Below are positions 37,146 through 48,886 of a stretch of 64,000 bases of DNA, piece after piece (position 1 is the stretch's first letter; the number at the start of each line of letters is the position of its first letter). The position numbers were made by a program, and so were the translations under genes. Source of the DNA: Microthyrium microscopicum (Eukaryota). The notes below the pieces were generated by a model. That model was not told the DNA's origin, did not search any database, and was given only the letters and a program-made list of their open reading frames with translations. The DNA lies in assembly GCA_010405405.1 (NCBI GenBank), contig MU004230.1, positions 3,196,627-3,260,626 of the forward strand, in the 5' to 3' direction.

Positions 37146-37961
37146 GTGTATGATGATGCCAGCACTGCTCAGCAGTCTACTTTTGGGCGACGCTGAGATG
37201 AGTGTGTACGGTTTGCTTGCTTTGGAGTCCTGCAAAACCGTGATTTTGGTGAGCCCATTGATTACGGCTCTGATGAAAACTTTTGCTTGAGCAACGACAC
37301 ATTATTTATTTTGCCCTGGACTTTCACTTGCAAGATCGTTGCTTGGACGCTTCTTGTTTCTGCCTTTTTTACACCTAAACCATGGAGACTATTTCACAAG
37401 TCCTTGTACTTGCGATCTAGTCGCGACACATTCGTCATGTTCGTTTTGGACTGTCTTTCACAAGACCCTTGTTTCGGCGATTGAGCCTGAGTCCTTTCTT
37501 TAGAGGCTCTTAACGAGACTTTTACTGTTTTCTGGGTTGGCGAATTGCCCGATGTGTTTGGGCTGTGCTCCATGATTCTTGTTTGGGCGTCGTATGGGCC
37601 TCATCCTGTACAATTTGTACCAAACTGGGTCTTGGGGGCTATACTTTGCTTGCTTTATATATACTAGGTAGCTATTTATGGGCGAGCTTGTGATGTAGAT
37701 AAAATGAAGTCTAATACTTCAGCCTTGTTGTCAGCCTTATGTGATTTTCCATGTCTTGGCGCGCATCACGCGCTTAGCGGCTGCCTGCAGCTACTGTAAG
37801 TTGTACCTCAAGACTCCATGCATTGGCGATTAGAAAGTTAAACCAAATCACCCGAATACTTTTGTGCACTATTAAGCAATTGCATGATGCTCTGAGATTC
37901 AATACTTGAGTCCTTTTTCGCAGAAGGATTTTCCTTCTTTCAGCCATCTACCCGGCCCAAA

Positions 37962-39393
37962 ATGGCTTCGACCGCAGAATCATCAAACTCCTTGAAGCGT
38001 AGCAATCCCTCCGATCTATCCTCCGAGAGCCTCAACGACAGCCCCAAACGACTACGATGGGATCATAGCCAACGGCAGCCGAATGGCTTCAAATCAAAAC
38101 AAGGCGTTACCGATCGCTCCACGGGCCAGCAATTTGCCTTTCCGGGCCTCGAGCAATTCAGCGACAGCGATGCGGACGATGGCGTTAGTGGAGAGGAGAG
38201 GAAGGAGAGAGAAACGATGAGAGAAGCTCTAGCTTTTCTACGAGAAGTTCGGTATATAGAGCCAGCCATTGATGAATGAGATCACAGCTAACATGTCTCG
38301 TAGATCAGAAGCCGCCGCCATCCCTCAAATAATGATCGCTCCAAAACCTCAACTCCCCTCTGACGAAGACGACGATTATTACTCCGACGACTCACTATAC
38401 AACGACTCCACTCGCGGCTTCTACGCTGACGGCGCCTACGTCGCTGCCCCACCCATCGGGCCCATTATGCCGCCGAACTACAAACCCTCCAATGCCTCTA
38501 CAGACCTACCCACGCCTTGCGCAGCCTACACCCATCGTCTCCTCTCCGCCCTCTCGTCCCAACGCACCCTAATAGCTTCCACCCCCCACAAAGCCATACC
38601 AGACGGCGCACCCGCGTCCATCACTAGATATATGCACTTTGGCCATTTCCGCACAATGCTGCGCGAGTATCCCCCGCGGCACACACATTTGGCGGCACTC
38701 AGCCAGTCTTCGGTGCTGAATTCGCTGGTCTGTGCGCTGCACTTGCTGAGAAGAAGGCAAAATGTGGACAAGCAGATTAGCAGTTGGATCTGGGGGCTGT
38801 TTTGTGCGCTCGGAGATGTGGGGACGCTGGATAGTGAGGGGGTTAGTGTGGTTAGGGAGTTGGGGAAACGGGCTGTTTGGATGGGGATTGGGTTTTTGGG
38901 TGGTGAGGGCGCGGATCTCACGGAGGGATATGGGGAGGAAGAAGAAGAATTGGACGAGGAAGAGGATGAAATGGAGATTTCTTCCACTAGGGGGACTGCG
39001 GAGGTGTTGAGCACTACGATAGAGAATGGGTCTGCCCAGGGTTCTAGTCCTGGCGCGCTGGAGGAAGACGTCAGCGAATCCATGGCACGTCGGCGTAATA
39101 CGTCGAGTCCAGAGGATAGCGACGACGATCCGGAGCTTCAGGGGACTTTGAAAGATCAAGGAGAGACTCTGGAGGCTGCGAAAGCTCGTTTGCTAGAAGG
39201 CATGGAGATCAAAGCAGAGCCAGCGCCAGCAGCAAAGAACAAGCATACAGCGTCGACTGACGAGAACTGCCCGGATGCGAATACTCGAGCTACCATCGAC
39301 ATGATCATCACCATTGCAGGTGAAGTATACGGCCAACGGGATCTTCTCGAATTCAGACAGGTCTGGGGCGGCGAAATGGGTCTCTGGGGATGA
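37962..39393 (+). CDS. Gemin2/Brr1/SIP1-like snRNP assembly factor, 2 exons
   Basis: Intron 38252-38303. EALAFLREVRSEAAAIPQIMIA, WIWGLFCAL..TLDSEGVSVVRELGKR and DMIITIAGEVYGQRDLL match the recalled Gemin2 pattern (YLxxVxxEA, WLYALLA, YFxQxDL). Confidence 0.7.
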
Positions 39394-40108
39394 AGCATCT
39401 TGACGCAGGCCAAGATTCCAAAACATGAATACTTTGTTGACAGTATCCATAAGTTCAGGGGTAAGAAGGCCGACTTCGGGGTTCTCGCTCAACTACAATT
39501 CCCATTATTATCCCCATCTGACGTCCAGAACATTTCCTCCGACTTCGCAAGGTCGGTTCTAAGGAAGTATTCCCAGAAATGGCATCTCCCGTCAAGGAGT
39601 GATTATGTCCGCCATATACCCGGCAATAATGATACATCCTTCTGTAAGATCATGAGCGGACCCTAGCTTCTCAGCCTTGCCAGCAACCTCACCTGGACGG
39701 GAATAAACACAGTATTCTTACGCCCAGATATGAATTTTAAGATATCACCTTGAATGAAAATGTTCTAGAGCCTCTGATAAGACACGAAGCATAGAATAGG
39801 TCCGAAATCGCACGAAGCATTGTCATGCTCGTAATGGAGTTGCCACAGGAGTGGAGATTTGTAGTAGGTATATAAGAACCCTTTCGAGTCTCGCCCCCAT
39901 CTTGAATGATTTATACAAGCAGCTTCAGTCTCAATACCATACTATCCATTTACTTTCACTGGCATTATCTGCTCTTATAGTGAGAAAGACAAGCGCTGTA
40001 TACATACTTTTACAGTTTTGATCGACCTATAAATACAACTATCATCACAGGCTCTTCTACGATCAAAACAACCAACTATCCATTTCTACATATCATACAA
40101 CAGCAACA

Positions 40109-41082
40109 ATGACAACCAACAACACCTCCCCACCCATCCACCCAGCAACAAAACTCCGCCGCATAATCGAAGATCCCAACGGCTTCGTCTTCGCCCCCGG
40201 CGTCCACGATGGCCTCAGCGCACGCGTTGCACTCGCCTCTGGCTTTGACGTCCTCTACATGGTACCATACCCTTCTCCCTCCAAACTTCCCAGTCCTAAC
40301 AACCCCCCCAGACCGGCGCCGGCACAGCAGCCTCCCGCCTAGGCCAGCCCGACATAGCCCTCACCACCCTCCCCGACATGCGCGCCCACGCCGAAATGAT
40401 CGCCTCCCTCAGCCCCACCACCCCCCTAATCGCCGACATGGACACCGGTTTCGGCGGGCCCTCCAACGTGCACCGCAGTGTCCTCGAATATATCCGCGCC
40501 GGCGTCGCGGGCGCGCATATAGAAGACCAGACGCAGCAGAAGCGCTGTGGACATTTAAGCAACAAACAGCTCGTGTCGATGGATGTATTTGTGTCGCGCA
40601 TCCGGGCGGCGGTGGCGGCGAGGAAGAGTGTGGGTAGTGATTTTGTGGTTATTGCTCGGACGGATGCGTTGGCTGGGGAGGGGGGGTATGAGGAGGCGTT
40701 GAGGAGGTTGAAGGGGGCGAGAGGGGCGGGTGCTGATGTGGCGTTTTTGGAGGGTGTGCCGGATAAAGAGACGATGGGGAGGGTTATTAGGGATTTGGAG
40801 GGGTGGCCGGTTTTGCTGAATATGGTGGAGTATGGTAGGACGCCGACGGTTAGTGTGGAGGAGGCGAGGGCGTTGGGGTTTAGGGTGATGATTTGGCCGT
40901 TTGCGGGGATTGCGCCGGCGATGGTGGCGATGAAGACGGCGTATAAGGAGTTGAAGAGTACGGGGTTGATGAAGGGGCAGGAGAAGGTTACGCCGAAGGA
41001 TCTGTTTGGGATGTGTGGGTTGGATGAGTGGGTGAAGGTTGATATGGCGGCGGGTGGAGAGGATTTTAGGAATGGGGTTTGA
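40109..41082 (+). CDS. Isocitrate lyase/PEP mutase superfamily enzyme, OAH-like class, probably 2,3-dimethylmalate lyase type; 2 exons
   Basis: Intron 40262-40311. Motifs: PGVHDGLSAR, YMTGAGT, IADMDTGFGG, HIEDQ..KRCGHL, IARTDA, LLNMVEYGRTP, GFRVMIWPFA. Confidence 0.88.
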
Positions 41083-41178
41083 GATTGGTATGGTGTCTGA
41101 TATGCCATTTGGGTATCTACGTGTATATGCTACAGTTGGTGGTTTTACAGGAGTGTAGATGGTAAAGAGGTGTGGAGT

Positions 41179-43689
41179 TTATACATCGTCTTCTTCTTGG
41201 ATTATGCCGGCTTCTTTCAGTGCTGAGAGCATCTCGCGCTTGTTGCGACCACGGTTCTTTCTGTTTCTCTTGGGAACTTCGCCTGGTCGGATTCTTCGTA
41301 GTTCGCGACTCTTGCCTCCTAGAGCCCAGAGATCGCCCCATTTCGACTTGCGAGCATCACGATAGGCCTGTTTGCCGTTCTTCTTGCTAACGAGCCAGCG
41401 TTCATACGTACCTGAGGGGGTACACATATCGAGAACAATATGACCTTTGCGTTTCAGAGGTGGGAGAATCAGTCGTGGTAGAGATAGTGGATGAGGAGCC
41501 GGCTTTTGTGGTGCTTTGCTTGCTTTGTCGTCTTCAACATTATCCTCCATTGACTCAACTTCGCCGAATATAGAACTACCCACAGACTCGTGATGCTCTT
41601 CCGCTTTCTTTTCAAGTTGCTTATGCCGATGACTCCTGACCACTTCCCGATCCGGACCATATCCGGCAAAAGCCTGATCAGTCGCCTTATCGCCAGTGAT
41701 CAACTCGTCACGACGAACATCTATCCCCCGTCGAACAGCAATGTAGCTGAACTCGACATCATCGTAGTTGCGGCGTCGTGCACCAAGAACACTCTGAAGG
41801 TAAGCTGGTCGGATATAGCGTTGTTTGAAGTGACACCAATCTTTGCGACCTTTAGCCTGTCCAGACTCGGTATAAAGCGGACAGGTGGTGTGGTTGGTAC
41901 AAGGAGCAACTATCATGCCAGGCTCCTTTACCAGTTCATCTTCCCATGTGATTTTGGCTTTCTTCTGGTGCTTCTCCTTCTCTTTTTTGTTAGGCTTTTT
42001 GTCGCTTCCGGTCTCTGGCAATGCCTCGTCTTCCCATTCAATCTCTGGCTCCTCATCTTTCGGTGCTGGTGGATTGGGATCCTCGATACAACGCTTGAGC
42101 AAATGCTCTCGAGCGTCCGCAATAGCTTCAAAGCCTCGTGGAATGCCCTTCTCCAGGAGTACAAGAATTCCACCATTCGGATTAAGTAAACTCCAGAACG
42201 TTTGTACCAAATATCTCCGCTCCGCATCTCGTGTCAACCGCCAAATGCTATACGGAGCCAATATCAAATCATACTGTTTCCGCGGTGGTTTCCCCTCCGG
42301 TTGCTCTTTCGGCACCAAGTCCGGCAATCTTGGAATAAACGTCGTACTATCCAACAACCGTGACGCTCGCTGCCGTATCGGTTCCGCGCCAGTAACGACA
42401 ACCGCTCTTCCCAGCGGCGCTGGCTTCTTCGCGCCATCCGTCTCGCCTTCAAGCAAGTCTTCAACAGGACTCTTCTCCTCCTCCTGCATTGTTTCCCATT
42501 CTGCCTTCAATATCTCTCGCCAAGCCAGTACGCCGGCTCCACCAGACCCAGCATCCAGCACCAACGGTCCACCAGTCTTCCTCAGCAGTCCACGGAGCCA
42601 CTCGCTCCCCAAGCGCTTTCGTACCTCGACAAGCGCACTAGTTATCGAAGCATAGGCTTGCGGATACATCCCGACCAGAAACGCATTCGCTTCCGCTTCA
42701 GTCATCTTCGTCTGTCTAGCCGACAGTGCAACAGGCTGCTGTTCCATTGTCCGCGAGCGCGCAGGCGTACTAGGAGAATACGGCAGACCAACACCGCCAA
42801 ATACACGCTCAACAGCCAACGTAAGCTGTCGCGTAGTCCCAGCCGTTGACAGCAGCTCAGTAATAGGCTTGACAAATTCCTTCTGAGGCATCTGTATCGA
42901 AGATGGCGTCGTCCCAAAGCGTGCAGCAAGTGTGTAAGGATGGGTACGGACATAGTCTGGATCACGAATGAAGATATCCTGCCCTTCATCTTCACGGCGG
43001 CGTTCGAGAGCGTCTGCATCCTCTTCGTCAACGAGCTCCTCATTTTCTTCGCTGATGATCTCTTTGGCTTCGACGAGTTCGTACTCGATGCCAGACTCGC
43101 CTAGACGGTCGCGAATAGCTTGCCAGGAGCCGTCTTTGCCACGCTCTTGTATATCCTCGTTTGTCTCTTCCTCCTCTGGTTTTTCGGGAGTCGGAGGTAA
43201 GGGGTCTCCGTAGTGGCGTTTATAGAAAACCATCTCTTCATCGGTAAGATAGCCTTCGGGAAGTGTATCGCCAAATTGGTTGCGGGCGACTCTGGCGAAC
43301 TCTTCAGGGTTGTTGCGGCGGACTTCTTGTAGTTCTGCTCTGACTGCTTCTAAGGCAGCTTTGTATTCCTCGTCTGTTGGAGGCTCCTCTTGAGCATCGT
43401 TCTTGGCTTCTTCTTGAACTTCCTCCTGGTGCTCCACCGGAAGCGTTGTGGTTTCTTCATCCTCTTTCCCATTATTTGCCTGTATCCGCTCATTCCTACA
43501 AACAGCTGATACTCCAAAATGACGTCTCTGGCCATACTGTAGTGCATGTCTAGATTGTTGCCTCGATATCGCTGGTGATGAAGCTCCTAACGACCGTAGC
43601 TTCTGTGCTTGTATGAAGGATGAGGGAGAGGAAAGGAGTCGAAGAGAGCAGCGCAGGCACACGAAGCCCTTGACGGATGATTTTAGCAT
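41179..43689 (-). CDS. RSM22: Mitochondrial small-subunit ribosome assembly factor Rsm22 (methyltransferase-like)
   Basis: Long ORF with a presequence-like start, VLDAGSGGAG, LLEKGIPRGFEAIADAR, IVAPCTNHTTCP, CHFKQRY, PLKRKGHIVLDMCTPSG, YRDARKSKWGDLW. The start could instead be 43698. Confidence 0.92.
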   Translation of the reverse strand: MLKSSVKGFVCLRCSLRLLSSPSSFIQAQKLRSLGASSPAISRQQSRHALQYGQRRHFGVSAVCRNERIQANNGKEDEETTTLPVEHQEEVQEEAKNDAQEEPPTDEEYKAALEAVRAELQEVRRNNPEEFARVARNQFGDTLPEGYLTDEEMVFYKRHYGDPLPPTPEKPEEEETNEDIQERGKDGSWQAIRDRLGESGIEYELVEAKEIISEENEELVDEEDADALERRREDEGQDIFIRDPDYVRTHPYTLAARFGTTPSSIQMPQKEFVKPITELLSTAGTTRQLTLAVERVFGGVGLPYSPSTPARSRTMEQQPVALSARQTKMTEAEANAFLVGMYPQAYASITSALVEVRKRLGSEWLRGLLRKTGGPLVLDAGSGGAGVLAWREILKAEWETMQEEEKSPVEDLLEGETDGAKKPAPLGRAVVVTGAEPIRQRASRLLDSTTFIPRLPDLVPKEQPEGKPPRKQYDLILAPYSIWRLTRDAERRYLVQTFWSLLNPNGGILVLLEKGIPRGFEAIADAREHLLKRCIEDPNPPAPKDEEPEIEWEDEALPETGSDKKPNKKEKEKHQKKAKITWEDELVKEPGMIVAPCTNHTTCPLYTESGQAKGRKDWCHFKQRYIRPAYLQSVLGARRRNYDDVEFSYIAVRRGIDVRRDELITGDKATDQAFAGYGPDREVVRSHRHKQLEKKAEEHHESVGSSIFGEVESMEDNVEDDKASKAPQKPAPHPLSLPRLILPPLKRKGHIVLDMCTPSGTYERWLVSKKNGKQAYRDARKSKWGDLWALGGKSRELRRIRPGEVPKRNRKNRGRNKREMLSALKEAGIIQEEDDV

Positions 43690-45012
43690 GTTGTACAATC
43701 GTGACTATATCATTGCGTAAGTTGTCGAGGAAACGGATGAATCCATTGGAAAGATCCCAAGCATGTGGTTTGCAAGTTGAAGAAATGGAGCTACAATTTT
43801 CTGGGATCAAAAAGATGCACGCGAGAGGGACAAGCGCGCCAACCAATCAAAATGTGCCCATTTCAACGCCTTGCCACCAGTTGACCACATCGAATGCATC
43901 GCAGTAAAATAGAACGAGTCAATCTCACGATCAAGTCAATAGATATATAAGGGATTTTCCATTCCAACGAATAGCTAATCCTAAGCATACGCACCGCAAT
44001 CACCGCGCTTTATGACCTGTCTTTGCCTAATGCAGAAAGACTCCAGTATTAAACGACAAGCCACAAGCCGACAGCTGCCTCTGATTTACCGACTGATACA
44101 ATTTAGACTCTACGACCTCCCCATTGTTGTTTGTTTGGTGTTTGCAAGCTGGGACGAGTACTCGACGCATCGCAATTGACACTGCATCAGCGTTTCCGCT
44201 GAACACAGTTAGGCTGGTGTTTTTTGTTGGTTGATTAATCCTTCTTCTTCATGCTCCTCGTCCCCTAAAGAATACCTCCCCACGAGCAGATTTGACCAGA
44301 CCAACTCAATAACCGAACCACGGCTAACAGATTTGAAGGGGGGATGGGCATGGGATATGATATGATATGATAAGCAGAAAACAAGGGACATTAGGGGCAG
44401 TACAGAGGGCATAAAAATGCAAGGGGGGACAGGGCACGTATGGGGTGAGAACAAGTTGAATCCGTTGCCAGAATGGTTCGACCGATGATAACACTCCAGT
44501 GAAAGCTGACCAGTGGTGATGACTTTGATCTGATGTAACCGAGCTCAGAAAGAGGAAGGTAGACGATCTGTCGATGGCACTCCAATTGTCCTAATTCAAT
44601 CGAGCTCGAGAGCTGAATGAACAGAGCAGGATCAAAAGAAGCGGACCACAGGAACAGCGAAGCGAAATCCGAGTAACAAGAGTAGGGTCGAGGCGAGTTG
44701 GAAACAGGAGCCATCCATCGAGGCCTGGATGGCGTCGCTGCATTTCCCAGGGGTTGGTGATAAACAAGTAGAATCGCAGGTGAAGCAGTCCAGATCCATT
44801 GTCCGAAAAAGTCCACGTTACGATCGCGAATGAAAAGTCATTCAGAAAGTGTTGCCTTGTTCATCTTTACGAGTATGCGATCGAAGTTGCATAGTACCCG
44901 TACGTTGTCTGTAGCCGAATTGGTCAGCCAATGATCGAATAAAAACCTGAGATGACCAAAATCCAAAAGCCAATGAAAAAGTGCCCTTACGAAAGTACGC
45001 TTAACAGCAAGC

Positions 45013-46523
45013 TCAGAGTCCAGTACCACGAGCGTTGCCACGGGCGCTGTCCCTGAAAAGCGCACGAATCGTTAGCGGACACTTCCAGTGGTTGAGGAGA
45101 CGGTAATCGCGAGAATAAAAGCCAGAACATAGTGGACCTGCTACATAAATGTAGACAGACCGGGGCGAACATTCGATGTGGATGGTTGTGTCGCCCAAAC
45201 AGGGCGGCACTGTACCCAGTTATCGTAATAAAGCAGTAAAGGGGGAAAACAAAAGAGACTTACCCAGGTTGACCAGCTACACGGTTAGAGCGAGTAGCGG
45301 GAGTTTTGGTCTGGGTGCCAGTGGCTTGGTTGGTATCCTTGGCATCTGCCTCGGGATCCTTTTGCTGAGCCTGAGCAATGGCTTGAGCGTTCTTTTGATA
45401 CTTGTAGACGGTCCAGTCAAAGACATAATCGTATTGAAAGCCTTCACGAACAAAGAGATCACGGAAGATCTTGCGGAGGTACGAGTAATCTGGCTTATCG
45501 TCGAAGCGAAGAGAACGTGTGTAGTTTAGGTAGATTGCGAACTCATTGGGGAAGCCACGGCAGAGAACCTCAGTAGGGGTCGTCATCTTCTTCTCCATGA
45601 TTCTATCGTACTTTTGCTTCTTGGTAGCAGCCTTTAGGCCTTGCCATGGTAGAGATCCACGGCAGAAGTAGAGCATGACATAGCCGAGAGACTCCATATC
45701 ATCACGGCGAGATTGTTCTGATCTGAATTAGAGATAGTGACCCTGAGTTTCAAGTTAAACTTACCGACACCCAAATGAGTGTTGATAGAGGCATATCGAG
45801 CAGTGCCAGTCAAGTTCTTGTTCTCACGATAAGGGATATGGAAGTGAGTCTTGGGGTCACGGTATTTCTTTGCGAGGCCGAAATCGATAACGTTGACCTG
45901 GTTGCCTCGCTTGCCAATGCCCATGAGAAAGTTGTCAGGCTTGATATCACGGTGGATGAAGGATTTGGCGTGAATATACTCGATACGAGAAATGAGCTGG
46001 TCGGCGAGGAGAAGGACAGTCTTAAGGGAAAATTTGCGGTTGCAAAAGTTGAACAGGTCTTCCAGACTTGGTCCGAGAAGGTCTAGGACCATGGCGTTGT
46101 AGTCACATTCGGTTCCGAACCAACGCACAAATGGGATTCCAACTCCACCAGCAAGAGATTTGTAGACACGGGCTTCATATTCGAGTTGAGGGTGCTTAGC
46201 TTTGACGCTCTCGAGCTTGATGGCAATTTCTTCGCCGGAGATGATGTTTGTGCCTGGTACGCGTTAGTATCACATGAGATTCAGCCTCAGGAACTGCTTA
46301 CCAAGATAGATGTCACCAAAGCTGCCAGAGCCGATTTTCCGGCCGATACGGTATTTATTACCGACGCGAAGGTCCTGTTCAGGTTCAGCATGAAGGGGCA
46401 TTGTGTTTTGGAGAAGTGAGGGTGGTAAACAAGGGAGAGAAATTGGTGTAGGTGGAGATGTTGTAGGACGGGCGGGATTGATGGATGGAGGAAGGGAGGG
46501 GTTTTGCATACCATAGTAGTCAT
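45013..46523 (-). CDS. hhp1: Casein kinase I delta/epsilon ortholog (Hrr25/Hhp1/CK-1a), at least 5 exons; last exon ambiguous
   Basis: 12-nt first exon MTTM, then [73 protein letters not shown]. Donor at 45263. The nearest last exon is 45052-45013; alternatives end at 44842 or 44027. Confidence 0.95.
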
Positions 46524-47152
46524 TTTGGCGTTTGTTATCTCAACCAGGCACTATTGTGTGAAGGAGAAGTAACAGTTGGGTTGTGGGCAAGAGCTTTATT
46601 CGAGTTTTGGCAATTTTGGCAGGAATCAGCCTGATCGGGTAGCGTTAGCAGGGTCTCAGACAATTAGCCCAAGGCAATGAGACGTGGCGGTGAAGGCCCA
46701 ACAACAACTTGTGCAGCTGATGGAATTGGGGCCTTGACTGTTGAGAAATCAAGTGACGGGATTGCAAATTGAATATAGAGCACCAAGGCCGTACTGATCG
46801 TCGTAGCGGGAATAGAGTGTAGAACAGAGAGGAGGTGGAGGGAGGATCACACGTACAAAGACCTGTACCGGTTAGGTTTGGCAGCGTTTTGGGTTGTGGC
46901 AGGGAAGGGATGGTTACTTTGGTGGATTGGCGGAGGGTGTAGCAGTGCTTGCAGAGGCCAGCAAACAATTGCAAGCCGGTTACTGCAATATAATGGATCG
47001 TCTGCCAGCGGTGACAGATCTTGTGGTGGTGAGAAGGATTGGGAATTGAAGATGGAGGAGAAGGTGGAGAGGCAGTTGCAGTGGAAGAGCACGGGTTGTA
47101 CTGGAGAAGGAAGGACTGACTGCCTGAATGGTGACTGCCCTGTTCAGTGTTG

Positions 47153-47183
47153 GCCTGCCCAGTGCCTGCCCAGTGCCTGCCCA
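47153..47183. repeat. Short tandem repeat (GCCTGCCCAGT) x2.8 upstream of CK1
   Basis: gcctgcccagt gcctgcccagt gcctgccca, read directly from the sequence. Confidence 0.8.
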
Positions 47184-48886
47184 AAGCAAGTGCCGAACGC
47201 CAGAAGGGGGAAGGCACGGAGAACGAGGCAGGAAGGAGCGAGTGAGCGTGCCAAGATGTCTGCGGCAGGCGCCACTCTGGCCAGCCAGCGGCCCCAAAAC
47301 CCCGCTTGCCCGCCCAAATCAGTGATACTGCCCAGATGCTACTCCAAATTATGTACCCAAATACTTTGTTCTCATGCTGACTTTGTATGAATTGATTCAT
47401 CTTTTGTTAAAAGTCGAATTGGCTTTTCTATTTTGTGAAACAACCCAATTGGGACAGATCGCGTCTAATGACATTGATTGCCTCTGCTGAGCGGCAAACA
47501 CCTAGCTCTGTGATCCGTAGCCTGGATGATTGAAGGAATACGGTACATACGGAGTACGCCCACAATTCTCTTCCTTATAAAACTGCTCAGAACCATTTTA
47601 CGCAGTATGCACATCAATACCAGTAACAATGAAGTGGAGGTGTTTGATACCCACAGAACTAGTACTACTACCTCAAGCTGTCTAAATCATTTTAGCTTCG
47701 CGCTTGTCACCAACCACATTCATGGGCAATCATCTTGATGCCGACAAGCCACACCTCAATATATCGCAATGGCTGACCTCGAGTCCTCGGTGAAGCAGCC
47801 ATGTACTCGCTGTACAACCATCCAATATCCTTCTAGAACCTAATACTTGCAGGTCAGAGCAAAGGTCGCGCACCATCCTCTGTCAAGGGCCTAGACAAGA
47901 TCGTCCACAATCTGAGATGACACGACAAGAACCGGCCTCCGCATGTCATAGGGCGTATTCATACTCCGGATATCAAAAATACCACTTCATCTAACCTTCA
48001 TTCTCGGGGAGTATGCGGCTATTCTTTGACTTCCGAGCTTTTCCACCCCTACCTTTGCACTCCCTGGACCGTAACTACCTACCGCTTTATCACGTTATGT
48101 AAAATCGCTCCTTCAATGTTGGTACAGACCATAAAGTTATCGCCTGACCTGCAAGTCACGACCGATCAAGCGCGTGCTTTTAGGCGAGGCATTGACCAGT
48201 TGATGGCTTGATTCCCCAGCTTTGTTCGTCAATTTTATGGCTCATTTATTGGTCAAGTTTGGTTTCTTCCAAATGCACATAAACATTCGAGGCGCTAAGA
48301 TATATCCCCTATTTGGTTCTTTGATTGCTGATTGGTTTATGGAAGTTTAAATCAGGTATTAGATTCAGCCTTCTGCGTTCAGCCAGCTTTAGCCTGATGC
48401 ATGTTGACTGAGTTGTCTTGCTCCTCGCCTCACAGTTTGATTTTATGCTGGCCCGGGTGTTAACGCCGGTCAATTGATCATTCAAAGACAGTCTGCTCTA
48501 GTTTCGACTTATATCGATCCATTGCAACACCGCAATTTTCTGGTCTGCTTCCTGAATAAGCTCTGCAATCTTGCACTGCCCACAAGGCTGACCTGACGAG
48601 CAATACGGAGTACCGAGAAAATGTATAGATATTGCGGCCTCTTGCTTGGTGTAAGTTGTTCATTAGGCTGAGACTCGCTGAGCTCAGAAAGGGGACTTTC
48701 CAACCCCTTTAGCTCAGCCACCAAACGTCCAACTTCAACCCGCAATTCGACCACAATCTATGCCTGATTATCTTCTGTTCCTTTCTAGCTCTTTTACTTC
48801 GCAAGTGATAAAGTCCGACTGATGTCTTCACTTTGGTTCTGGTGATTGATTGTTTCAACTTTGCCTGGATAGCTGAGTAGAGTATC

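Noticed and set aside
46645..47400. 251-aa minus-strand ORF upstream of CK1
   Set aside because: Composition is that of a CT-rich promoter/5' UTR with a tandem repeat, and no domain or protein-like features are visible.
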